Positions 10,026 through 19,893 are shown, counted from the stretch's first letter. The stretch: DNA of 64,000 nucleotides from Candidatus Thorarchaeota archaeon (GCA_016933575.1 JAFGAR010000081.1:160001-224000); one strand, 5' to 3'. The notes: generated by a model not told the origin, from the sequence alone. Made by a program: numbers and translations.

Positions 10026-10367
10026 TCAATATTGTTGTCCGCATCCAGGACAGGTCAAGTTTGTACTTACAAACGCAGACCCACATTTTTGACAGAAGGT
10101 AGATACCATCTGGTTTTCTCTCATTGCTGTAGAGATTTGTGCTGGTGCATCAGCTTTGAAATCATAGACAAAAAATCCCTTTCCGCACTTGCATCTCACA
10201 GCAATTCCATGATTCGGGTCTTCAGACCACTGGTCTTGTCCGATCTTTGTAAGGAGGGGTTGCCAATTTCCTCCTTTTAGATTCTTGAATTCATCTTTGT
10301 TCTTGTCCGAACTAACTTTGAATTTTGTAGAATTACAATGTGGACATATTATTTCTGTGTCTCCCAT
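10026..10367 (-). CDS. Multi zinc-ribbon protein
   Basis: CPHC, CKC, CQKC and CPGC motifs; GGAGG upstream. Confidence 0.7.
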   Translation of the reverse strand: MGDTEIICPHCNSTKFKVSSDKNKDEFKNLKGGNWQPLLTKIGQDQWSEDPNHGIAVRCKCGKGFFVYDFKADAPAQISTAMRENQMVSTFCQKCGSAFVSTNLTCPGCGQQY

Positions 10368-10440
10368 TATTCCGCCTCCAATCTATTGATTATTGTAGTA
10401 AGCGATTTCACTTACTCAAAAGCCCATACTACGTTTTAAA

Positions 10441-10710
10441 CTAGTTATCAAGCTTGTATCCTATGAGTATCATAGCAACTCCTATTATGCCAACAATTGC
10501 AGATTGAGTCCAATATTCTGGAACTACGTAACTCCAACTAGGCGCAGAAATTGCCCAACCAGCTATTGTTGCAGCTAGCCCTAGTAAGAATATACCCAGC
10601 CATGTCACAATTCTGCCAATACCCATTTTTGCTCCCTGTACAGGAGTTTTCTTCTCCGGTTTCGGAGGTTCAATATCTTTGAAATCCGGTGTTGCCATCT
10701 TTTCCACCAC
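10441..10710 (-). CDS. Small two-helix membrane protein
   Basis: Two hydrophobic stretches after a charged N-terminus. Confidence 0.6.
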   Translation of the reverse strand: MVEKMATPDFKDIEPPKPEKKTPVQGAKMGIGRIVTWLGIFLLGLAATIAGWAISAPSWSYVVPEYWTQSAIVGIIGVAMILIGYKLDN

Positions 10711-10967
10711 CCCAATATACTACAAGCCTGATTGCTAGAACCAACATATTAAGTTTCTTGGAAATAGAGAAAATCTGATTTTCCTATTGACATCTTTTTC
10801 TGCCTAAGATGAAAGAATCTCAATAGATACTTCAAAGAATGTTAGAATATTCTATCTGAATTTCTCTTAAATGGAAGCGTTGGATTTTGTTGTAGGTAGA
10901 ACGAAAAACAATCTGAAAACCCGTCAAGATTTGCAATGACTCGAAGCATAGAGAAGAGGTGTGAGAA

Positions 10968-11888
10968 ATGATTCATAGTACTGTACTGCTTAGATCAACG
11001 AGCGGGAGAACAATTGCCTCATCTCAATACTGGACCATCCAAGTCCCCAAAAAAGACATCACTGAGTTTCTCAAGGTTCGAGAGCAACTGCTGAAGGTCT
11101 CTACGGACCGAGGAGATGTATCTCTCACAGTTGCTGGGAATAAATACTTTGGACGTGAGATAAACTCCGACTTATTCCTGATTTTCATCGCTGACATCGA
11201 AGAGAATGACCGCAGTGTAAATGAGAAAATAACTAATGCGGCTAATACTATACGAGAAGTCCTCAAGCTTGAGAATATCACGTACATAAAGAAGCAGTAT
11301 GATAAATTGATCAGCTCCTTTGTGCACTCGAAATTGAAGGTTGCTCTCGTGGGGGAAGGTGGTGTTGGTAAGACAACAACACTTCATCTCTTGATGGGAA
11401 AGCGCCCACCCACCCAATACATACCCACAATAGCACTTGCTATGGAAGTGATTGAGAACATCCATTTTGCCAATTATAGCCTGGTTCTGTGGGACTTTGC
11501 AGGTCAGGAGCGATTTCGAAAGCTCTGGAAGCTCTATTTTCAGGGAGCCGATATTGTCTTTCTTTTGACTGATTCAACGCTCAGAAATATTCTCATCTCG
11601 AAAGAAATGTTTCAAATGATCCGCCGAGATGCACCACACGTACCAATCATCGTAATTGCTAACAAGCAGGACTGTCCAAATGCCCTAGATCCCTCTATAA
11701 TAGAACGAGTCATTGGAGCAGAGACCTATCCCCTCGTCGCTATCGATATGACTTACCGCGATGATATCTTAAAGCTCCTTCTGAACACTGCAGCCAAACA
11801 TGTGAATATTCCTATACCTGATTTGCCTCCTGAAGAGTTGCTTCGTTTCTCTGAGGATGAAGAGTCTAGCAAAGTAGCAGGAGAATAA
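10968..11888 (+). CDS. Arf/Rab-like small GTPase with N-terminal longin-like domain
   Basis: G1 GEGGVGKTT, G2 YIPTI, G3 WDFAGQERFRKLW, G4 ANKQD; ~120-aa N-terminal alpha/beta domain. Confidence 0.9.
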   Translation: MIHSTVLLRSTSGRTIASSQYWTIQVPKKDITEFLKVREQLLKVSTDRGDVSLTVAGNKYFGREINSDLFLIFIADIEENDRSVNEKITNAANTIREVLKLENITYIKKQYDKLISSFVHSKLKVALVGEGGVGKTTTLHLLMGKRPPTQYIPTIALAMEVIENIHFANYSLVLWDFAGQERFRKLWKLYFQGADIVFLLTDSTLRNILISKEMFQMIRRDAPHVPIIVIANKQDCPNALDPSIIERVIGAETYPLVAIDMTYRDDILKLLLNTAAKHVNIPIPDLPPEELLRFSEDEESSKVAGE

Positions 11889-12024
11889 AACACGATATTT
11901 TTCCTAGACGTATTAGATATATTTTAAGAGTGCTTTTCATTCATTGTTTTTATCTAATGACATCATACATTGAGCGTGCCAGCTCTGATATAATAAATTC
12001 GCACTCAAACAAGAGGTATAATCC

Positions 12025-12915
12025 ATGATCTATAGCGTCGTCTTAGCCAATTTGACAAGTCGACGTAAGATCGCCTCAGTGGATTATTGGATTCATAAGG
12101 TTTCGACACCCCAATTGAAACGATATCTTTCAACACTTGCAGAGATGAAAAAACAATCGGACCGCTTGAAGTATAAAGCCGCTGTGATTGATGATGATTT
12201 CAAGTTCTTCAGCCGCGAGTGTGGAGATGATCACGCTGTAGTGTTCGTGACAGATGTCCATGAGCCTGATGGGGATATTGTTAGCAAGATAAACCGTGTA
12301 GCACGAAGTCTGAGATCAACTTTTACAGTAGAGTCACAAAAACATGTCAAGAAAAATATCTTGCAGATTGTAGATCCATTCATCCAATCCCGATTTGTTA
12401 TTGCCTTGGTTGGCGAGAGTGGTGTTGGAAAGACTTCACTACTACACCTGCTTATGGGTAAGCAACCCCCAGAGGAACATCACCCGACTATTGCTATAAA
12501 CACTGAAATAATCGAAAATATACGATTTGCTAATTATGAGATAATGATCTTTGATTTTGCTGGGCAAGAGCAATCTCGAAAGATGTGGGATTTTAGTAGC
12601 ACAAATATGATCTTCCTCATCACCGACTCAACTCTCAAGAATCTCATTGCAACAAAGGGTATCATGTCCCAGATCAACAAGGATTATCCGAACCTTCCCG
12701 TGATCATCTTTGCGAATAAACAGGACCTCCCGAACGCCCTCGATCCATCTGCAATTAGTAAAATTATGGGGATTGACGTTGAATCGATGGTGGCTGTTGA
12801 CCTTGCATATAGAAACAATCTTCTCTCTATTCTTGCCAAGTTGTTCTGTGGCCATTTTGGACTTGATGTTCCCGATGTGTCTCTAGAGGACCTACTCATT
12901 TTCAATCCCGAGTAG
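12025..12915 (+). CDS. Second Arf/Rab-like small GTPase with N-terminal longin-like domain (tandem paralog)
   Basis: G1 GESGVGKTS, G2 HHPTI, G3 FDFAGQE, G4 ANKQDLPNA; collinear with upstream paralog. Confidence 0.9.
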   Translation: MIYSVVLANLTSRRKIASVDYWIHKVSTPQLKRYLSTLAEMKKQSDRLKYKAAVIDDDFKFFSRECGDDHAVVFVTDVHEPDGDIVSKINRVARSLRSTFTVESQKHVKKNILQIVDPFIQSRFVIALVGESGVGKTSLLHLLMGKQPPEEHHPTIAINTEIIENIRFANYEIMIFDFAGQEQSRKMWDFSSTNMIFLITDSTLKNLIATKGIMSQINKDYPNLPVIIFANKQDLPNALDPSAISKIMGIDVESMVAVDLAYRNNLLSILAKLFCGHFGLDVPDVSLEDLLIFNPE

Positions 12916-12926
12916 TATCATGAATC

Positions 12927-13301
12927 TTACAAAAATGGACAATCCGAACCATTGGATACAATCCCAAGAATTAGATTTCCTCGTACTTCGTCATATTTGA
13001 AGACACGAAATTGAAGTTCCATTCCATCATATTGGACTACTACTTCTCCAATTCTTATGTAATGATTGAAGAGTAATCTACATTGTTCTCTAATCTTTTG
13101 AAAGAGTGTTCGATAATGTCTACGTTGAGAGGACCTAATACTCCATCTCTTGAAGATGAATTGATTTGCAAGGCTATTACTTGAAACAAGAATACTTCTT
13201 CGTTTGTTATCAGAACTGTTTGTAATTGTTTCAATGAGAGTCTGTTTTAGTACATCTGGTATTGCTGCAATAATAGATGGCGTTAGAGCTGGTTCAGACA
13301 T
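12927..13301 (-). CDS. Hypothetical protein
   Basis: 124-aa ORF filling the gap, GGAGAG upstream. Confidence 0.6.
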   Translation of the reverse strand: MSEPALTPSIIAAIPDVLKQTLIETITNSSDNKRRSILVSSNSLANQFIFKRWSIRSSQRRHYRTLFQKIREQCRLLFNHYIRIGEVVVQYDGMELQFRVFKYDEVRGNLILGIVSNGSDCPFL

Positions 13302-13376
13302 CTCTATCTCTCCATATATTATGGCCTTTCGATGACCTATAAAGCCCCTTGAAAATCAGCTTCTCTATGGTAATGG

Positions 13377-13382
13377 TTATAA
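13377..13382 (+). promoter_or_regulatory. Putative TATA box of uS13-uS4-uS11 cluster
   Basis: TTATAA about 55 nt upstream of the uS13 start. Confidence 0.45.
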
Positions 13383-13436
13383 GCAACGCAAAAGAGGCGA
13401 ACTAGCCTCTAGCCAGTCAGAATGAGGTTATAGACC

Positions 13437-13886
13437 ATGTCAGAAGATTACAAACATATCATCCGTGTCGGTGGATCCGATATTGATGGCCAAGAGAGCC
13501 TTATTCAGGGTCTTACTAGGATTAAAGGAGTAGGCCTAAGAATGTCTAAGGTCATCATAGCACAACTCAAGCTTAATCCTAATGATAGACTCGGATACAT
13601 CAACGATGCAACCATTGACGCTATTGAGACCATCCTTGAAAATCCTATAGCTGCAGGATTTCCTGAATGGTATGTTAACAGACCAAGAGATAGAATGAGC
13701 GGAAGGATGCTCCACCTGACTGGCTCTGACCTCGATTTTGCTCATAGAAATGATATTGACAGACTTCGAAGAATCAAATCTTGGCGAGGCGTAAGACACT
13801 CACTAGGTCTAAAGGTGAGGGGTCAACATACTCGAACAACTGGTCGCGGCGGAATGGCTGTCGGCGTGTCAAGAAAGAAAGTATAG
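13437..13886 (+). CDS. rps13: 30S ribosomal protein uS13
   Basis: IKGVG, SWRGVRHSLGLKVRGQHTRTTGR. Confidence 0.97.
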   Translation: MSEDYKHIIRVGGSDIDGQESLIQGLTRIKGVGLRMSKVIIAQLKLNPNDRLGYINDATIDAIETILENPIAAGFPEWYVNRPRDRMSGRMLHLTGSDLDFAHRNDIDRLRRIKSWRGVRHSLGLKVRGQHTRTTGRGGMAVGVSRKKV

Positions 13887-13899
13887 AGAGGTATGAAAA

Positions 13900-14559
13900 A
13901 TGGGTGATCCACGCAGACAGAAGAAAAAGTACGTATCTCCTAAACGCCCCTTTGATACTGATCGATTTGAGCAAGAACTCCAGCTGGTCGGTACTTATGG
14001 AATGCGAAACAAGAAAGAACTTTGGGGTCATAGAACTGAGTTGTCCAACTACCGAAGACAGGCTCGAAACCTACTTGCTCTCCCACCTTCAGAGAGAGCT
14101 CAACTTGAGAAGGAGCTTGTTCAAAAACTCATTCGAATCGGTATTCTCACAGCAGAACCCACTCTAGATAGTGTTCTTGACCTTACATTGGATGACCTTC
14201 TAGAAAGACGCTTACAGACTATTGTCTTTAGAAAAGGATATTCTGCATCTATGCATCATGCACGACAACTTGTCACTCATGGGCACATTGGTCTTGATGG
14301 CGCACGAATAACCACTCCTGCCAGACTAATCACAATTAAAGAAGCTGAAAGAATCGCTTACACAGCCAAGTCCCCATTGAATGATCAATCCCATCCTGCA
14401 AGGATTGCTGCATCAGATGCAGCTACAAGGATATCAGCCGTTCCTGAGGATGTTGAACCTGAACGTGAACGTGAACGTCCACGACGTAGATTAGAGGGTA
14501 AGGAAGAACCTGTGACAAATGAAGATATAGACGAGATTGGAGATGAAGCACTTGAGTAG
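13900..14559 (+). CDS. rps4: 30S ribosomal protein uS4 with charged C-terminal extension
   Basis: [38 protein letters not shown]. Confidence 0.97.
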   Translation: MGDPRRQKKKYVSPKRPFDTDRFEQELQLVGTYGMRNKKELWGHRTELSNYRRQARNLLALPPSERAQLEKELVQKLIRIGILTAEPTLDSVLDLTLDDLLERRLQTIVFRKGYSASMHHARQLVTHGHIGLDGARITTPARLITIKEAERIAYTAKSPLNDQSHPARIAASDAATRISAVPEDVEPERERERPRRRLEGKEEPVTNEDIDEIGDEALE

Positions 14560-14953
14560 TGAAGAAAAGCGGGACAAATGGGCAATTGCTCATATTTTCG
14601 CATCATATAACGATACAATCATACATGTGACAGACATCACAGGTGCTGAGACCTTAGCACGATATTCAGGTGGAATGATGGTAAAAGCTGATAGGAATGA
14701 ATCATCACCACATGCAGCAATGCAAGCAGCATTTCAAGCCGCACGCGAAGCAAAAGACAAAGGTATCTATGGCATTCATATCCGTGTTCGCGCTCCCGGC
14801 GGGTCTGGTCCAAAGACACCCGGTCCAGGAGCTCAAGCTGCAATTCGTGCCCTTAGCCGAGCAGGTCTCAGAATTGGAATAATCGATGAAGTCACTCCTA
14901 TTCCTCATGATGGGACTCGAAAGGCTGGCGGGCGTCGCGGTAGACGAGTGTAG
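14537..14953 (+). CDS. rps11: 30S ribosomal protein uS11
   Basis: [45 protein letters not shown]. Confidence 0.97.
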   Translation: MEMKHLSSEEKRDKWAIAHIFASYNDTIIHVTDITGAETLARYSGGMMVKADRNESSPHAAMQAAFQAAREAKDKGIYGIHIRVRAPGGSGPKTPGPGAQAAIRALSRAGLRIGIIDEVTPIPHDGTRKAGGRRGRRV

Positions 14954-14987
14954 AACTCTCAGGTCTTAACTCACCTTTTATCCAAAT

Positions 14988-16322
14988 TCAGAGGCTATGC
15001 CATTTTTCGATCAGATGCTTTGGTCTACCTGAGTTTCTATGTTCATTTCTTGCAAAGGGTCGTGTCAGGTGTCTTTGCGCACTAAGAGGCGGAAGGTACA
15101 ATCCTATCTCAATAGGTCTCTCTTTGTGAGTCTCAATTTTGTTCATGGTTGCTCCTCTGAATCCGCATTTATCGCATTTGTATCCTTTTCCTCGACCTGC
15201 GCTCTTCATCCGGCGTAAGCAATGTGGACATAGTGGATTCAATGATTGAATCAGAGGTGATAATTTTAGAACCTCAAGTCCTTCCACATTTAGAGTAAGC
15301 CCATGTGTTTTTGATCTTGGTCGTACATTCACATGTAATCTAATCTCGTCATTTCTACGCAGTTTCATAACAGTTTCCCGAAAACTACGGGTCGGCTCAT
15401 ACGCAGCACAGTCAATTACAGACTTACGGTCAGTAATTTTGAAGATGACATACCCCCCCTCCATCATCCTCGGCGGGGTCTCCACGAACCCGTGAACAAT
15501 AGCGGCCATGTATGGTCTCAGGTCTCCGATGCTCATCGTATGTACGAGGTGTTCTCCAGTTCCCTGGTTTGTTCTGAAGACTGTCCATCTTTCAACCTTC
15601 TGTTCACTCTTAATATAACTAGCAGCTCTGATAACCGACTTGGCAGTCTCTCCACGGATTCCATAAAGAACTGGGTCCGGACCATGAGGTTCTATGAGAA
15701 TTCTATACTTTTTATCATCCACGTTTGAAAAGACACTATCTCCCATCTTTTCATCCATTTGTTTGACAGATAGAGCATCTACACCCCGTGTATCTCCACA
15801 CTGATCCATTGAACGATAGGCAATATACTCGTACGTATGATCCCTCAAGAGCTGGTTTCCTATCGATGCCAGTCCTCCAATCAAGCCTCGACCGTTTCCA
15901 CTTGAATAATGTACGAGATTATGTTCATCGATTATCCTCTTGGCAAGTGCAATAGGAATTGTTCTCCAGAGTGCTTTCTTTGAGAATCTACTAATCGCTT
16001 CAGGAATCTTTCCTGTTACAATGACAACACCAGGATTCGTGTTAGGGTATAATCTATCTACATAGTCGTTGATCATTAGCTCAATCTGATGCAGAATCTC
16101 ATCTGGTTCAATTGTATCTGTGGTAAATCGTAGAGATACAGCTCCATTTCCTCTTGTTCTGAAAGGGATACCCGGATTCAATCTGATTAGGTTAGGATAA
16201 TCATTCCAATTGACAGAATGCTTTGAGAGATATTCAACCAAGAGACTTGCAAAGTGAGTTGTGCAACCACCACTAGGACTGTCGATGTCATCAAGACCTA
16301 GGTGGATCTCTTCTTCGCTCAT
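14988..16322 (-). CDS. tiaS: tRNA(Ile2) agmatinylcytidine synthetase
   Basis: GLDDIDS..GGCTT, LIRLNPGIPFRTRGNG, PDPVLYGIRG, TNQGT, AAYEPT, C-terminal zinc ribbon. Confidence 0.95.
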   Translation of the reverse strand: MSEEEIHLGLDDIDSPSGGCTTHFASLLVEYLSKHSVNWNDYPNLIRLNPGIPFRTRGNGAVSLRFTTDTIEPDEILHQIELMINDYVDRLYPNTNPGVVIVTGKIPEAISRFSKKALWRTIPIALAKRIIDEHNLVHYSSGNGRGLIGGLASIGNQLLRDHTYEYIAYRSMDQCGDTRGVDALSVKQMDEKMGDSVFSNVDDKKYRILIEPHGPDPVLYGIRGETAKSVIRAASYIKSEQKVERWTVFRTNQGTGEHLVHTMSIGDLRPYMAAIVHGFVETPPRMMEGGYVIFKITDRKSVIDCAAYEPTRSFRETVMKLRRNDEIRLHVNVRPRSKTHGLTLNVEGLEVLKLSPLIQSLNPLCPHCLRRMKSAGRGKGYKCDKCGFRGATMNKIETHKERPIEIGLYLPPLSAQRHLTRPFARNEHRNSGRPKHLIEKWHSL

Positions 16323-16591
16323 ACTTCTCTCTTCCGGCATTCATAACATATTGTTGATTCATCTATCTTAGTTCCGTGGTCCTCACAGACAAGTTTTCCA
16401 CAGACATTGCAGGCTCTAGCAGCCAGATATTCACTACAGATGTAGCATCTTGCTTCAATGCAGTTCAAACAGACATTCTCTTCTTGATTAAAACAATCAC
16501 TACAGACTTCTGCTCCACATAGTCTGCATCTCTTGAAATTTTGTCCCTCTTGGTCGCAAATTTCACATACTTTTTGAGATATCAACTGCAT
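16319..16591 (-). CDS. Cys-rich multi zinc-finger protein
   Basis: Repeated CxxC pairs (CEIC, CRLC, CSDC, CLNC, CYIC, CNVC, CEDH, CYEC); start taken at MQLISQ. Confidence 0.7.
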   Translation of the reverse strand: MQLISQKVCEICDQEGQNFKRCRLCGAEVCSDCFNQEENVCLNCIEARCYICSEYLAARACNVCGKLVCEDHGTKIDESTICYECRKREV

Positions 16592-16619
16592 TCTCACAAA
16601 TTCCTCTTGGCTTTGGCTT

Positions 16620-17201
16620 ATGAAAACACAGAAATCCTTTCCCTTTTTGAGTGATGTGAATGGTGAAACTATCTTGTTGAAACAACCTCGTGTTCTCATC
16701 TTTCATGCTGACCAATGTGACCCAAAGAAATGCACTGGCTTGCGCCTGAATAGGATGAGAAAGGGGATCATTCTCAAGACGATGAAACAGATTCCTGCCG
16801 GAGGTGTAGTGCTCAATCCAGTCTCAGAGACCGCTCTTTCAAGAACTGATAGGGATGCTATGATTCATTCTGGTCTGATTGCCCTTGACTGTTCTTGGAA
16901 ACTAGCTGAGGACATCTTTGCAAATTCAAAATTAGGTATCCAACGCGCTCTGCCCTTCCTTATCGCTGCAAATCCAGTCAATACTTACAAACCAATCAAA
17001 TTGTCGACAGCTGAAGCTATAGCAGCTGCATTGTATATTGTGGGATTCAAAGAATTTGCAGAGGAAATAATGTCCGTCTTCAAATGGGGTCCAGCATTTC
17101 TCACACTGAATCAAGAGCTCCTTGAAGAGTATTCAAAATGTACCACAAGTAGTGAAGTTGTGGAGATTCAGAAGGAATATCTTGCTCTGCAGAATCGATG
17201 A
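16620..17201 (+). CDS. tsr3: 16S/18S rRNA aminocarboxypropyltransferase Tsr3
   Basis: QCDPKKCTG, LDCSW, RALPFLIAANPVN, LSTAEA, FKWG. Confidence 0.95.
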   Translation: MKTQKSFPFLSDVNGETILLKQPRVLIFHADQCDPKKCTGLRLNRMRKGIILKTMKQIPAGGVVLNPVSETALSRTDRDAMIHSGLIALDCSWKLAEDIFANSKLGIQRALPFLIAANPVNTYKPIKLSTAEAIAAALYIVGFKEFAEEIMSVFKWGPAFLTLNQELLEEYSKCTTSSEVVEIQKEYLALQNR

Positions 17202-17209
17202 TTGATATA

Positions 17210-17568
17210 ATGTAGCTCTGGTCCAGTGAGTAACCCCAATTCTGTTCCACCCATGACTGTCGCCAGTCTTGGATCTTGCAACATCGAACTATGCTTCCTA
17301 CCCTACACCTCAGGCCGACACTTCAACAGTGTATTCTTGGAATTGCTCAACCGGTGGTGGGTCGTTTAAACCTGTCCAACTGAGTTCTCAACAGATTTAG
17401 GTTCTGTATCATTGTCGTTTCTCATTTGGGGGTGTCGTTTCTGTTCCCAGAGCGAGACTCTCGCCTCCTTGCTTTCACAAGACCGGTGTCGACACGAGTC
17501 GGGAGTTTCCTCAGCTCTTGTCCTCACGGACAAGTACCGTCAGTTGCGCTTTTGCTCCAGAGCTACAT
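17210..17568 (-). ncRNA. rnpB: RNase P RNA (archaeal type A)
   Basis: Terminal P1 helix ATGTAGCTCTGG/CCAGAGCTACAT; CR-I GAGGAAACTCC; CR-II ACAGAAA; CR-V AACAGAATTGGGGTTA; P6 GTCGACAC/GTGTCGGC; P8 and P9 hairpins. Confidence 0.92.
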
Positions 17569-17617
17569 CCCTCTCACAGGGATTTTGTTGATAAAAAGTT
17601 GGTTAATGCTTCAGACT

Positions 17618-18628
17618 CTACTCATTATCTGCATGTTTCTTCCACATCTGTGGATATCGTCCCCGCTCCATTAAGACACGTTCACTAGTGGCAACTATGC
17701 CGCTCTTTGCTTTAGCAATTCTCTCACTGATATCATTACTTTTAGCTAGTGCGACCGCCTCATCTTTCAATGTCCTGATGACAACCATAGTTCCCCTCTT
17801 TATTCCTGTACTGAGAGAAATGACTCCAGTTGCAGCAAGATTTGCACCATGGCAGATAGCGTCTACTGCGCTGTCACGTATCTTGATGAAGGGTAGGTGA
17901 CTAAGTGCAAATTCTACAGGCAGGAGATACTTTCGAATAAAGGTCTCATCACCATCTTCCTTCCAGAAAATGTATGCATCTTTGAGATCGTAGAGAGAGC
18001 AAAGGTGTTCACCCTCTCTGAAAGAGCCAACCCGGGTTCTTCTCAGTTCTCTCATATGCCCACCAACACCTAGGGCTTCACCAATATCAAAGCAGAGTTT
18101 TCTCACATATGTTCCTGCTTGACAACCAACGCGAAAGAGTACGACTCTGCCCTTTATCTCCAAGATATTGTTGTAGTATATCTCACGAACCCTCATCACT
18201 CTCTTTACAGAGGATCTCAGAGGTGGTTTCTGATACAACTTACCAGTGAATTCATTGAACACTCTTCGTATATCTTCCTCTGAAGCTGCGTGGTGAAGCT
18301 CAAGAACACAGACATACTCTTTGCCTGCATGGAGAAGTGCTTGCATTGCCTTTGTGGCATTTCCAATACCTACAGGCAGAATTCCTGTCACGCCAGGATC
18401 TAATGTTCCTCCATGACCAACTCGATCGACGTTGAGTATCTTCCGTACCCACGTTGCTACTTCATGACTCGTTGGTCCTGCAGGCTTATCTAGGACAATA
18501 ACACCGTTCTCAAGTAGAAACTCGATCGGTAGATTATCCAGAGATAAAAATCCATGTTCGGGATTGGTTGTGTCTGAAGCTCTGAGAATTTCCTCACGAG
18601 GTTGGTCTGCAGGCAAGAAGCCTCCCAT
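17618..18628 (-). CDS. cbf5: H/ACA RNA-guided pseudouridine synthase Cbf5
   Basis: LDKPAGPTSHE, GHGGTLDP, YQKPPLRSSVKR, GTYVRKLC, PUA domain. Confidence 0.97.
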   Translation of the reverse strand: MGGFLPADQPREEILRASDTTNPEHGFLSLDNLPIEFLLENGVIVLDKPAGPTSHEVATWVRKILNVDRVGHGGTLDPGVTGILPVGIGNATKAMQALLHAGKEYVCVLELHHAASEEDIRRVFNEFTGKLYQKPPLRSSVKRVMRVREIYYNNILEIKGRVVLFRVGCQAGTYVRKLCFDIGEALGVGGHMRELRRTRVGSFREGEHLCSLYDLKDAYIFWKEDGDETFIRKYLLPVEFALSHLPFIKIRDSAVDAICHGANLAATGVISLSTGIKRGTMVVIRTLKDEAVALAKSNDISERIAKAKSGIVATSERVLMERGRYPQMWKKHADNE

Positions 18629-18665
18629 TATCAGACACTCCTATTATCTATAGATTCAGTCAGCA

Positions 18666-18941
18666 TTAAATTCGAATCTTCTCTCTGAACTTTTGTGTGA
18701 GACCTGCATCTGTTAGTGCTTTTTCAACAGCCTCATCATTAGCTCCAGAAGAGATTGGAAGAACTGTTTCTAAAGGTTCAAGGTGTCTAATATTGCAACT
18801 GCGTCTCCTGACACCACTGATATGCTTAGGTCCAGTAACCACTACATAGTTCTTATCCTTCACTTCCACAACAACACAGTAGCTACCGGTTTCGCGGCCT
18901 ACTATCTTCACACAAGTTCTTCCTATATCGTACAATTTCAT
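18666..18941 (-). CDS. rpl14e: 50S ribosomal protein eL14
   Basis: IGRTCVKIVGRETG..CVVV..VVVTGPK..SGVRRRSCNIRHLEP. Confidence 0.95.
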   Translation of the reverse strand: MKLYDIGRTCVKIVGRETGSYCVVVEVKDKNYVVVTGPKHISGVRRRSCNIRHLEPLETVLPISSGANDEAVEKALTDAGLTQKFREKIRI

Positions 18942-19070
18942 AGCAATGCACCTCGCCTTGTCCATAGTCTGCATCCGAGTCACCTCGGTGTATCATCCAT
19001 TTAGACTGGGAGAATATTGCTCCCTCAAAATATTTACAATAAGAGCTTTCCGCTAGAGCTTGATTCTTCT

Positions 19071-19616
19071 CTATTTTGCCTCTCTAGCAAAGAAGGTCTC
19101 AACTGCTGTAATAATGATCTTGTTGACATCCTCTAGGGTGTAGATGCCTGTATTGAGAATGAGATCGTATATTGAGAGGTCCGAGACATCGACTTTGTAA
19201 TATTCCTCGTATCTTGCTTTTTCACTACCCTCTCGTACAATTGTTTCACGCCGTGCATACTCAAAGTCTGAATTATCTCTTGCAGCGATTCGTTTTATTC
19301 TCACTTCTAATGGTGCAGTGAGAAGAATTTTCAGATCTGCGTGCTCTCTAGCCATCCAAGCCGCGAGTTGCCCGTCAATGACAGCGTTCCCCTTCTCAGC
19401 CTCAATTCGTTGTGTATCATCAATAAGTCGATCAATCTCCCCATCGCCTTCAGCTACTCTGCAGAATTCTTCAAGAGTCATTCCCCTCTCCTTAGCAAGT
19501 TTGCGGAATGCATCTCCTGCAGATACTCGTCTTAGATTGAAGTGTTTTGCAACAGCATTAGCAACTGAGCTCTTACCAGTTCCGTGAAGTCCGCCAATGG
19601 TAATGACTCGCTTCAT
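19071..19616 (-). CDS. cmk: Cytidylate kinase (archaeal type)
   Basis: GGLHGTGKS P-loop, SAGDAFR..AKERGM; conserved operon position. Confidence 0.93.
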   Translation of the reverse strand: MKRVITIGGLHGTGKSSVANAVAKHFNLRRVSAGDAFRKLAKERGMTLEEFCRVAEGDGEIDRLIDDTQRIEAEKGNAVIDGQLAAWMAREHADLKILLTAPLEVRIKRIAARDNSDFEYARRETIVREGSEKARYEEYYKVDVSDLSIYDLILNTGIYTLEDVNKIIITAVETFFAREAK

Positions 19617-19620
19617 TATG

Positions 19621-19893
19621 CTACTCTCGTATCTTGTTTATTGTTGCGCGGCGTACAGCTTGTGATGAGTAGACGCCACCATAAGGACGATTAGGTCGTT
19701 TCGCAGAACGACTGGCCTTTCTACTAAGCCCGAACATGGATTTCTTAGGTAGTTGTAGTTCTGAACCAGTCAATGAACATATGCCACCGGTCTTGAAGAA
19801 CTTCTGACGATGAACTACTTTTCTTCCACCAGGAGTCTTCACTATACGATTTGCTCTTCCTCTTGTTAAATTACCAGGTCGTGGCATCTTCAA
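19621..19893 (-). CDS. rpl34e: 50S ribosomal protein eL34
   Basis: KTPGGR..VH and KRPNRPYGG motifs; operon position. Confidence 0.92.
   Translation of the reverse strand: MKMPRPGNLTRGRANRIVKTPGGRKVVHRQKFFKTGGICSLTGSELQLPKKSMFGLSRKASRSAKRPNRPYGGVYSSQAVRRATINKIRE

Noticed and set aside
8751-10710. tRNA-targeted provirus or island with att duplication
   Set aside because: No duplicated tRNA end found and no integrase; the orphan genes lie on the 5' side of the tRNA
14461-14478. GAACGT x3 tandem repeat
   Set aside because: Simply encodes ERERER in the uS4 tail
17426-17674. 82-aa ORF in the track
   Set aside because: Antisense to the RNase P RNA; no protein features
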